A DNA stretch of 64,000 nt from Bugula neritina (Eukaryota; Animalia; Bryozoa), in assembly GCA_964035545.1 (NCBI GenBank), contig OZ037771.1, forward strand, positions 3,979,628 to 4,043,627, written 5' to 3'. Below the pieces are notes generated by a model, which was not told the origin of the DNA, did not search any database, and was given only the letters and a program-made list of their open reading frames with translations. The first letter of the stretch is position 1; every line of letters starts with the position of its first letter. The position numbers and the translations under genes were made by a program. Positions 54,901 to 64,000 of this stretch are shown here, in pieces.

Positions 54901-57865
54901 CACCCCAGCAGCCGACACAAGATTCTATACTAGACTGTGTCTAGATATACAAGCTCACATTGTGTCACAGCAGACTCTACCAAAACAGCCAAGTTCTGGT
55001 ATCACAACATCTAAAAACCCATACTTTTTCTAACAGAGAATAACACACTGCCACCCTTACAGCGCCTATTAATATGAAGCCACATGCTAGCTAGCACTAG
55101 TCTCTGTCTCTCTCTATCTTCTGAGCTTACTCTTCAGCATAATACAGCAGGGAATGTAGTAGTAATTAATAGTTCCCTAAACACTTGTGGTGGCTGCAGA
55201 GCATGGAATGTTACCAGCACTTGGAGATGTCAGGTCTGACTTTTGAGTGATTGATGAGTGGAAACGACACAAGATCAAACATGAGTCATTAGAGCTGTTG
55301 CCATCACAAGATAGCTACCATCTACCATCCTGACACTGGTTACAGCCAATCAACTTCCATCCTGACACTGGTTACAACCAATCAGTGTCTGTCTGTTCAC
55401 ATTTAATACTCTTCTTCACTACAGCTTTCATACACCGGCTTTCCATGGATCGATCTGAGAATTGTGCTCAGATCGATTGTTTTTCCATGAGAGTGTCAGA
55501 TCGATCTTGCGTAGTTACCTCCTCTTAAGTGAAAGGTACTTGAATAAATTTGTTAAGTATAACTTGTATACTTAACAAATTTATACAACAAGTATACAAC
55601 CTTTCAATGTAGCTCCAATAATTTATATATATATTATTATCTTTTATTTTGAACATGACATGTTACCAGCACTGTTTATAAGAGTCGTGCTACCTTGCTG
55701 GCAGAGCAGATAACTGACAGAGCTCACAGCACACTGTTGTTAATATCGCGGTCACAAGTCTTGTGTTTATTGAATCTTCAAAATATTGAAAATTATAATT
55801 TCTTATCTTTTCAATGATTTTTCAAATACAGTCTGTCATAAACCCACTTGGGTTTATAGTCACCATCCCTGTGAGAAAACCTGGGGGAAAAGGTTTCTAA
55901 GTGGGCTAAGAATTTTTCTCTATTGTAAACGGCATACTAAACCACACATAAGGCTTAAATATTCAACGACTAACCTTTTTACTATCATCATGGGCTTTGT
56001 ATTCTGTGCTCTTTATAGCCAGTTCCACACCATAGCCAGATAGTCTCACCTTAGTTTCACCTTCAGTCTATAAATGTAAAATAACTGTCAGCATATTACC
56101 TGGAATTCTTGATTTAATACTTACGGGAGCAGACCATAAATTGTTTAACATTTAAAATCTGGATTCCAAAGTTTAAGAAATTGAGTATTCACGCAACTTA
56201 TGCACAAATAATACAATAAAATAATACAATAGAATATTACAATAGAATAATACAATTTAAGCTGTTAAATTCTGCTATCTTGTTATATATTTACAGGATA
56301 ATAAAAATAATAGGAGATGACAATTCCCTAATGCTCCATTTCTTAGAAAATCAATTGACAAATAAATTTTCAATGCTGAACCTTGACATAATGACGTAGA
56401 ACTGTGTAGGCGCCAGTGTCAATGTTGAGGAAAGCACTGAGAGAGCTGGTTCCGAGTTCACCATACAATATAACGGGACGACTCCGATCTTTGTCACAGT
56501 GCTGCAGGCAGCGTCTGTGATCGTCAGCGTACAAAACACTGGTGGCATCAGCAGACAGCTTTGAAAACTCTGATTTAACCTTTGAACTGTCACAGATGAT
56601 GTCATTTCCTATCACTGCCCAGGCCGAGCAATCCTTTCTCATTTCTCCAGCCATCTACATACACAATTATATGTTACTAGAGTTGCGATACTTTGGATAG
56701 ATGTGACAACTACTAAATAATGATAAGTTTACTATTTTCTACATATAATCTAAATGTGCATTTTTGAAGAAAAATATAAGTTTTCAACGTATCATATTAG
56801 ATTTAAACATAATGCTTACATTTTAGAATTATAACACGAGCAGACTATTCATATAGTTTCCAAGCAATGTTAGGTATAATTCTAATTAACATCAGCTGAT
56901 GTGGTACAGCAAATTAGTGGGCACAAGCAGAGATTGATTATCAAGCCCAAAATTCTAACTACTTCCACTTTTAATCTTCATTTATTGAAGCGTAGACATA
57001 AAAATTTCCGGCTCATACTCAGATTCAAAAATATTTCAAGTATTGATTAACTATTGAACATTATATTCAGTGACATTCTTATAAATTATACCTGCTGGTG
57101 CAGCTGTACTTTTGGAGAATACAGTCTAAGAGACAGCGTGAACTGCAGTAATTTAGTACGGGGCGGGGTCAATAATCGCTCCGCCATTTTGATAGTGTGA
57201 TGATACCAAGCTTCTGCATTATCAACTACAAAGATAAGATTCACACAGCTTGTGAACTATAAGTTTAGAGGAGTTCTAGTTATGTGTATCCCAGGACAAC
57301 TAAGCTATGGGAAACACTGAGGTAGATTCAGAAACACAAAAACTATATTAATTTTCTACAAAATAGCTGCTGGTGACGACAAAGTTTCCATATTTTCATG
57401 GGTATACAATTTCTTCACTAAAGTGCAACAGCTAAAATAAATAAACCCATATCAAAGAATAAAGTTGTCAATAAAATGTACTTTTTGAAAAAAAACTATT
57501 ATACAGTAACTAAAGTGAATAATAAACAGCTCACTTCCTTGCAATGTGCCTTGGTTTTTCAGCTGATCAACAAAATCAGCAAACATTCCTTCATCTGCCA
57601 TAAATTCACTGAAATACAAGAAATTCTCATAGTAATAAAACATGGCTGACATACTATGTTTTATATATTAGCAACGGAGACTCATTTTAGAAATAAACTG
57701 GATTTTGAGATAGAAACGGAAATATTATTACCTGGCTTCTAGCAGTAGAGGGGATGTTTTCCATTTGGCATCTAAGCTTACTTTGACTGGCTTTATCTTT
57801 CCATTAACCAGAGTGATAAGGAATATTAAAGTCATCAAGGCAAAAATTTTGCCCGGGTGCCTCAT
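30980..57865 (-). CDS. UGGT1: UDP-glucose:glycoprotein glucosyltransferase, 29 exons, about 1479 aa
   Basis: Exons 57865-57732, 57608-57535, 57225-57092, 56654-56382, 56067-55975, 48124-47959, 45103-44937, 43444-43292, 42475-42389, 41354-41235, 40730-40527, 39981-39853, 39593-39435, 39022-38899, 38776-38643, 38188-37997, 37733-37471, 37114-36916, 36387-36261, 35775-35633, 35387-35223, 35076-34991, 34530-34351, 33524-33347, 33031-32922, 32790-32614, 32204-32033, 31689-31573, 31159-30980 (sum 4440 nt, all phases compatible). Signal peptide; hallmark motifs [77 protein letters not shown] (DxD), [38 protein letters not shown]; ER-retrieval tail HTEL. The vertebrate paralog number is nominal. Confidence 0.97.
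33540..33620. repeat. About 38-bp tandem duplication next to the UGGT exon 24 acceptor
   Basis: ctatgagtaga(t/c)aact..gatactagaatagttct x2. Confidence 0.8.
33922..34050. repeat. 10-11-bp minisatellite (cacagtaatgt)
   Basis: Directly visible degenerate tandem array. Confidence 0.85.
34653..34990. repeat. 39-bp minisatellite (about 8.7 copies) filling UGGT intron 22 and copying its splice donor
   Basis: Unit ataactatacacaagagttatcttaccactgtatagagt, near-perfect copies. The final partial copy ends at the true donor (34986-34990). Confidence 0.95.
36551..36903. repeat. 32-bp minisatellite (about 11 copies) abutting the UGGT exon 18 donor
   Basis: Unit cttggtacacagtctattagtatgacagataa. Confidence 0.95.
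37318..37458. repeat. About 35-40-bp degenerate tandem repeat abutting the UGGT exon 17 donor
   Basis: aacataacgcacagtttc(a/g)cacactttcacc x about 4. Confidence 0.85.
43191..43290. repeat. 41-bp tandem repeat (about 2.4 copies) abutting the UGGT exon 8 donor
   Basis: ctgacaggaaatgaacttataactaggtcatgctgacacag. Confidence 0.9.
43465..43680 (-). mobile_element. tRNA-derived SINE, copy 2
   Basis: Homologous to 8134-8341. Minus-strand A-box TGGTCTAGGGG and B-box GGATTCGAGCC. Flanked by acacca(t/c)at. Inserted about 20 nt from the UGGT exon 8 acceptor. Confidence 0.72.
44778..44850. repeat. 9-bp microsatellite (catgctgta)
   Basis: Directly visible. Confidence 0.85.
45995..46192. mobile_element. 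MITE-like foldback element with repeated GGTAAAAATGGCACA subterminal motifs and a CCCTAA-like core
   Basis: The left arm has ggtaaaaatggcaca/ggtaataatggcaca and the right arm has tgtgccatttttacc/tgccattattacc repeats. The centre has aaccctaa/aaaccc runs. Confidence 0.65.
47315..47722. repeat. 408-bp inverted repeat (foldback) in UGGT intron 6
   Basis: 47315-47463 is the apparently perfect reverse complement of about 47574-47722. The inner ~45-bp arms are imperfect, around an ~18-nt loop. Confidence 0.92.
47758..47932. repeat. Low-complexity acactat/acagt repeat next to the UGGT exon 6 donor
   Basis: Directly visible. Confidence 0.85.
49232..51637 (+). CDS. Reeler-domain (defense protein-like) secreted/GPI-anchored protein with Thr-rich mucin stalk, 6 exons, about 278 aa; nested in UGGT intron 5
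   Basis: Exons 49232-49421, 49563-49699, 50189-50280, 50435-50682, 50922-51026, 51573-51637 join in phase. Signal peptide followed by reeler hallmarks [54 protein letters not shown]. Poly-Thr/Pro stalk. Hydrophobic C-terminus [21 protein letters not shown]. Confidence 0.9.
52599..52804. repeat. 100-bp tandem duplication
   Basis: Two near-identical copies starting gaaacacg at 52599 and 52699. Confidence 0.9.
55852..55910 (-). mobile_element. 5'-truncated SINE tail fragment
   Basis: gtttatagtcaccatccctgtgagaaaacctg...gggctaag matches the tail of the copies at 8134 and 43465. Confidence 0.55.
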
Positions 57866-57994
57866 TCTGACCCCTAAAATAGGATCAATACATCTATATA
57901 AATAGTCAGATTAAAAGAAAGTTAATGTGTAGCAGTCTAGCACATAATGTAATTGCAATCTGTATATATCAATTCGGTCCAAAGAATATTTAAA

Positions 57995-58940
57995 TGGCAA
58001 AATAGTAATACACTAATAGTAATGCGCTAATATTATGTCGTCTAGGTGAGAAATTCTAGTAATAATAATACTAATTGTTTCATTATATCAAAATTTAATA
58101 GTAATACAGTAGTAATAGTAGTTATATTTATACTTGAATACGATAAGTATAACTTATGTGATAGCAATACTCATAATAAGTTTTAACTTTTAACACTTAT
58201 ATTTATTTACTCATAACCTTACTTTTAGCTCTTGGGTATGTCACTGGAAATAGCTACAGAACTACTACTACTACTAGTCACTAGGTCTGGTGATTGAACA
58301 AAGTACAGCCATAACTACAAATACAATCAGTATAACACTATAGTCAATAAATATAAGTATCACATTGATATTGTGATTGTGATTTTTATTGAGTTTGACA
58401 GTGACTTAGTCTTAAAGTTAAAGTTGGAGTTAATGTTACGAAAGTTTAAGTTGCTAATACTAGAAGCAGCAGGTCGAGAGTCTTGAGTTTAAAGGTGGGG
58501 GTTCAGGTTGAAACTCTGAACCCCCAACTCCAAACTAAAACTTGATACCCTAAACTACTGCATGCCTTAAATACGTGACCACCAACTCAGTGCTGCTTCT
58601 GGCACCTTTTTAGTGTTACACTTACACTTACAGTTTGAGCTGCTGCAATTGTTAGAATTCGTGACTTATACTTTCACTTTGACTTTTACTTTAGAGGTAA
58701 TGTTAAGAATTATAATAAGTGTCAACCGGTCCCAGTCTGGGTCAGTTAAGATAGAACTGCGACTAGAACTAAAAGTAGACATGGTGATAGTCATATTGAT
58801 ACTCATGGGAATAACTATTACTATAAGCCATAAGATAGAGATAATTTCAGACCAACAGTAACTGTAAGTGTAACTGTAAGACTAAGTCTAACAGTAACTC
58901 TAAGTCTAAGCAGTAAGACTAAGTGTAACATTAACAAACT
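57995..58940. repeat. Degenerate hexamer-periodic tract upstream of UGGT, with a small inverted-repeat insert at 58462-58600
   Basis: Strong 6-bp periodicity, e.g. cagtaa ctgtaa gtgtaa ctgtaa gactaa gtctaa. The insert is bounded by agaagcagca...tgctgcttct and contains the hairpin gggggttcag-ctgaaccccc. Confidence 0.6.
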
Positions 58941-59760
58941 ACTATTTAACAACATATAGACATGAAATATAATAAAATATGAATAAATAAAAAATAACAT
59001 ATGTAGCAGAAACTGAAACTCGTATTCATATTGAAACTCGTATCTTTATCTTATATATCAAATTGAAAATTAAGACAGAATGAATGGATTGTCACTGGTG
59101 TCAAAATTTGATTTGTTCATTAAATAAATGAAACAAGCGCAAATGATATTGAAGCTCGTAAATGTTTTTATCTAATATTCAAGTAGTAATTTTTACCTGC
59201 TATCGTTTACAACCAGAACTAATATTTCACCTTGACCTATAATTTTAAATTGGAGCAAACAACTCTGCGAAAACCGTATTGCTGATTAGTAACGACCTCA
59301 AGTGTAATGATGGGTCCGAAGTTAGTATCTATTTTTTTATTACTATAAATAAAGCATCATAACTAAAACAAACTTGATATAGTCCCTTGTTATACCAACT
59401 ATATTTTTACAAGTCAAAAATTGTGGTGTTTCTATAATTAAATTTTAGAATAAACACCCATTACTCTCCAAGGACATATACTACTTCAAATCCAGACTAC
59501 TATGTCAGCTAATTTTCTATTAAATCCAATTCTCAAAATAAAAAATGTACTTGAGTAAAAAATAAATGATATTATGTATATAAAATGTATACTGACTAGC
59601 TTAAGTTACAAAATGCAGGTTTTCATACTTTAGTCTCTCATTAAATGAAAGGCATATGAAAACGTCTGCATAGTTTAGCACAAAGAGGCCTAATAAAATA
59701 TTAGCAGGAAATCGGAGTCAATGATTTGAAATCTAAAAATCTTCCTTGAAGTATTTTGTC

Positions 59761-62700
59761 TTAAGAACTTCCCAGTTGTTTCGACTGTCTTAACTTTTTA
59801 ATGGCTGCTTGCCTTTTCTCTTCAATGATTAGTCGCGTTTTCTCATCCAGAGTCTGACAGCCTTGCTTAGGCTTACAACTGTTAGAATTATCCGCTCTTG
59901 GTTTGACAGTACTAATAGAAGCTGGAGGGGTGGGTACGGTGTTGGGCTCACTCTTGACTTTGGATATAGTCTTGCTATTTAATGCAGAATCACTCTTGTT
60001 TTGACTAAATAAGGTTGACTTGGCCTTGACTTTAGTGTTGGGAGTTGTGTCACCAAGGATATCATCTAGGAGTTGGTGACCAGACAATCTGGAGCTTTGA
60101 GACAGTCTTTTTGCTACAAAAAACAGTATATTTTCAATCAGAAGGCCATGGATATTAAAAAAAAATACCAAAAGCACACTTCACAATTTTGTTCAGCGTG
60201 AAAAATGCCCTGACATCTATGTTCAAGGCAAATCAAAAGCACATTTAATCAGCTGAAATGCTAACAATATTGTGAAATTGCCTGCTTTAGAGTTGGCACA
60301 CACTAACAGTCACCACCATTAGAATTACCAACAGGTCATGCAATGCATTGCAGTTGGGAAATCAAATTGGTTAGTGGGATAACTCACAACTATCAGGTTG
60401 AGAAAATGTTGAGACACCGGAATTAGGGTTAGACAGGTTTTCTTGACTACTGGGGGGTGTGAGCTGACGTATCGTACCACTTAGACTATCTGACCTATCA
60501 CGGCCCTCTGTTATAAAAAGAAAGAAAGTGAGAAATATTAGTTATAAACAAGAGACAAAATAAACAAGAAATTAACAAACACATAACAGGCAGAACATGT
60601 AGTGTACACTTGAACATCAAAAATTGTCATTTCTTAATATATTCAATTATACAGTTTATTAAACATTTTAGTTATTGAAATGCTTTTTTATGCAAAAACA
60701 CACACTGAACGACAAATCAAAGTCACCAAAGCCATGCCAATTATTGAACATTCTATAACTTTCATAGAAAAGATATAAGAGTTGTCTTTTTTCAAAGTTA
60801 AAACAGGAAAGAGTTTGATCAGGATAGGTAGCTTTGCTGCAGATTTGTTCTGCGAAATTATCCATTCAAGCAATTTTAATTATTCATTCTAATTTGTTAG
60901 TAAAACTAACTTTAGGTGCAGGTAAAACATTTGCAGAACACAAGTTCCTTGAGCTGAAATATGTTATAATAATATTATGCCTTTTCCCTTTAGAAAAGAG
61001 AATAACTCTCAGTAAAACATGAAGAATATATCAATAAAGATTGCTTTATAGATTATTTATGCCTCAGCTATCTTTGAGAGCACTTTTAAGTTTTCATGTT
61101 CAAAAGCTTTGAATGAATTAGATATATAAATCAGCATGCAAAAGGTAAAAGGAAATATAGCAAAAGAAGGCAACACAAGAATACAAAAACATATCTTTGA
61201 ACCAAAATGTTTGGAAAAAGTGATTGCCAATAATAAATAACCTTCACGATGTTTTTGAAGTTTTTCTGCGGCCAGCTTTCTTTTCTCGTCTATAAGCTGC
61301 TGAAGAGCTGTTGATGATGTTGGTGTTGCCGTGGTAACAATGGAGTCGGTAAAAGAGGCACTTGTTACGCTGTCAAGTGACTTGTGCTTAGTGAGTGACC
61401 CTGAAGCAAGAGGTCGGTGTGTTTAGTGTACAGGGCATACACCGTATAGATAACAGTCAGTATGTAACTATTTAGAGAAGTTTAGGGTATGTGTCAAACT
61501 AACCAACCACTGTGTTAAAACTTGGTTACTATAAACTTGAGAAAACAAGAAAAATAAATCCAAAAAGTACATCAGACTGAACTGTACCCTTCCTGCTGTT
61601 CAACTTATGTAGTGCCTGTCGTCGCTTTTCTTCTATTAGACTGAGAGTTTTCTTCTCGTCGCTAACGGAGGAGCTCTGTTTATTGGTCGGTTTAGTGACG
61701 GGTGATTTGATAGCACTGTCATGTGAGCTATACCTCCTGAGTGGGGTTACGGGTGAACCTGTAGGAAACACAACCTTGAATTATTGCGTGCATAGACTTA
61801 GTGATGAGCACATAACACTACATGGTTATGACTCTTACAGGTGAACTGTGAAATACACAACCGTATGTAGTGTGCATAGACTTAGTGATGTATATTTGTA
61901 AGGTGTCTGCTCACCCATTAGCTATCATTAGCTTCTGCCTGCATTGCTCATAACTGACTAAAGTAACAGAAGATAAAAAAATATTGGACTAAAAACAACA
62001 ATTTTTAAGAAAATTCCAAAACTACATACCTTTACGGAGTTTACTAGTTGGGTTGGTGGGGGTCGTAGCCTCTGATCTCATAGACTGCACTTTGTCAGCC
62101 TTGGTTTCAGGAGTGGAGGGCTCCAACTTCACCGTTTTACTAATTTCCTTTTTCACACTCAGATCGCTGTATGAGTCAGTATTACCGACTGTGGTCTGAT
62201 ATTTGGATGAATCACCGACTTTATCAGGAACATTTCTGACAGTCGATGCATCTGATTGGCTCTTTCTTGACAAGCTGACATCAGTGGCAGCAGGTGCCCC
62301 GACTCTGCTTTTAGTAGACGAAGACTCAACCCAGGAGTTCTCATCGCTGTCACTAAGAAGAAAGTCAGCACTAAACTCCTCCAGGCTGTCACTAAGCGTA
62401 GAGTCATTAGCATCTGGCCTACTATAAGACTTGGAAGGGGTTGGTGTGATTGCAAGTTGTCTTCTCCTGCTCAGTGAGCTGTTTCTAGCCTCTGGTCTCT
62501 GAGGAGTGACAGCCCTTTCTACTAGCTGAGTGTAGTCTTGTGTTGGAGCTTCAGATTGTGCAGAGCTGTCAGTAAGTGAGGCTTGGGAGTTGTCTTCTAC
62601 AAAAAGAAACACGGTCACTGTATAACTAAAGCATTAGTACACAGATTTTGCTTATGCGAGCATATCAAAAAAACAATGACACATTTTAAATGCCATCAAA

Positions 62701-63865
62701 CCATTTCATACAAGTGGTCAGTTAAGGATGAGAACGAAGACTGAACAGGCTACAATATGTAAGTATACTGACTTTCAAGTTCGGAGACTAAGCTGTACAT
62801 CTGGTTGAGGAATCCAACATGACACTTCTGCTTACTATCACTGGATGCGGAACGGGAGCTATTAGCAGACGACAATGAGTGCCGCCTCGCTTTGGACTCC
62901 TTCCAGATTTTCTTCAGGTAAGGAGTGGAAGATGCGTTTGCAACTTTTGTTTGAGGCAGATCGACCTTGACACTACTGAAGGTGTCTAAAACATTGACAG
63001 CCCCTTTGAGATACGTCATCTATATTGTAGATACAGCCCACACAGTTCACAACTTTGAAAAAATATAACCAAAGCCAAAATATTATAAATTTGAGAAAAT
63101 ATTTTGCACAAGTTTCCTATGTCCCTTTTGTTGTCAATTATTTGTAATTTGTTATAACTTGTAGGTATTTATTAGGTTGAACCCTTCATCATTAAAGCAC
63201 AGTATTTATGTGGCTACAATAAGTGGGAGGAGCTTACAATATACCATAACATTAAAACAAAAAAAACCTAAACACAAGACAAACTCTATTAACTATCACA
63301 GTCTACTTAAAATCAGTCATAAATGTCAATTTGAGTTTAGACTATGTACCAGCGTCAGCAGATCCTTCTTCCTGTGAAACAATGGGACTAGTCACTCTCT
63401 GCCCCTCCCACGTCACTCTCGGAAGAGAGGTGGTCGACTGCGAGGCCATCTCCTGACTACTCCCACTATGATCTCCAGCATCAACTTCCCTACCCGACAT
63501 TGCTCTCTTCAACTCATCCGACTCTAATTCTGTGTCTAATTCATCTTTTCCCGCTTTAGAGTTTCTAACTTTTTTTGGTTGTGAGCATAGCAACTTTCCA
63601 TTGTTCACTTTGAGAGGTGCCAATTTTCTCCGAACTACAACCGACAAATGCCAGCAATATATCAAATGAAAAGAGAAATTTAAGGTAATGCTATTAAAAT
63701 ATCACAAATAAATCAGACTACAATGATAATGGACCTATCTGATAATGTAGTGTTTAGTTAACAAGCATGTACATTTGAAACAAAATTTTTGTATACTACA
63801 TTTGCATACCCACCAGGTGTTTTTTGTTCTCTGACTGGCATTCTATTTGTATTTTCCTTAGACAT
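59761..63865 (-). CDS. Intrinsically disordered Ser/Thr-rich protein, candidate ETAA1-like ATR activator / RPA-binding protein, 8 coding exons, about 639 aa
   Basis: Exons 63865-63814, 63634-63350, 62985-62773, 62596-62030, 61758-61588, 61400-61242, 60507-60388, 60113-59761, with all introns phase 1 (sum 1920 nt). N-terminal KTP and VTWEGQRVTSP; acidic DSLEEFSADFLLSDSDENSW; three I(E/D)EKR..A..KL helices. The gene model is well supported; the ETAA1 identity is inferred from motifs only. Confidence 0.7.
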
Positions 63866-64000
63866 ATTCAACTGCTGATCTGAAATAGAAATTGTCAGCA
63901 AATAAATCAAGCCTAGCACTTAATAAAGCTGAAGTTTGACTTTTGCTAAACAATATTAATAAAATGACAAAGTTTGTATATACTATGGTAACAGTAAACT

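Noticed and set aside
58613-58861. ORF with alternating hydrophobic residues
   Set aside because: It is a by-product of the hexamer-periodic DNA and has a non-ATG start.
62986-63019. ATG at 63019 as the start of exon 3 of the ETAA1-like gene
   Set aside because: That acceptor is incompatible with the phase-1 upstream donor and would give a stop. The ttttag acceptor at 62986 keeps the frame.

Overview
AT-rich, intron-rich animal genomic DNA with GT-AG splicing. The gene content suggests a marine invertebrate, probably a lophotrochozoan (inference). By manual exon stitching the window holds seven protein-coding genes: (1) the last coding codons of a USO1/p115-like gene (+, 2-118); (2) a 3-exon secreted single IGFBP-domain protein (-, 996-2252); (3) an 8-exon orphan class A GPCR (-, 3822-14636); (4) a 5'-incomplete, highly divergent protein kinase or pseudokinase with a long Ser/Thr-rich N-terminus (+, 23224-30079); (5) a complete 29-exon UGGT ending in HTEL (-, 30980-57865, about 1479 aa); (6) a 6-exon reeler-domain/mucin-stalk/putative GPI protein nested antisense in UGGT intron 5 (+, 49232-51637); and (7) an 8-exon disordered protein (-, 59761-63865, about 639 aa) resembling the ATR activator ETAA1 but carrying three RPA32C-type helices. 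Non-coding features include tRNA-derived SINE copies, MITE-like and foldback elements (one a 408-bp palindrome), and many locus-specific minisatellites that sit directly against splice sites, some of them copying the splice site. No prokaryotic features, CRISPR arrays or rRNA genes were found. All coordinates were read by eye and may be off by a few bases.
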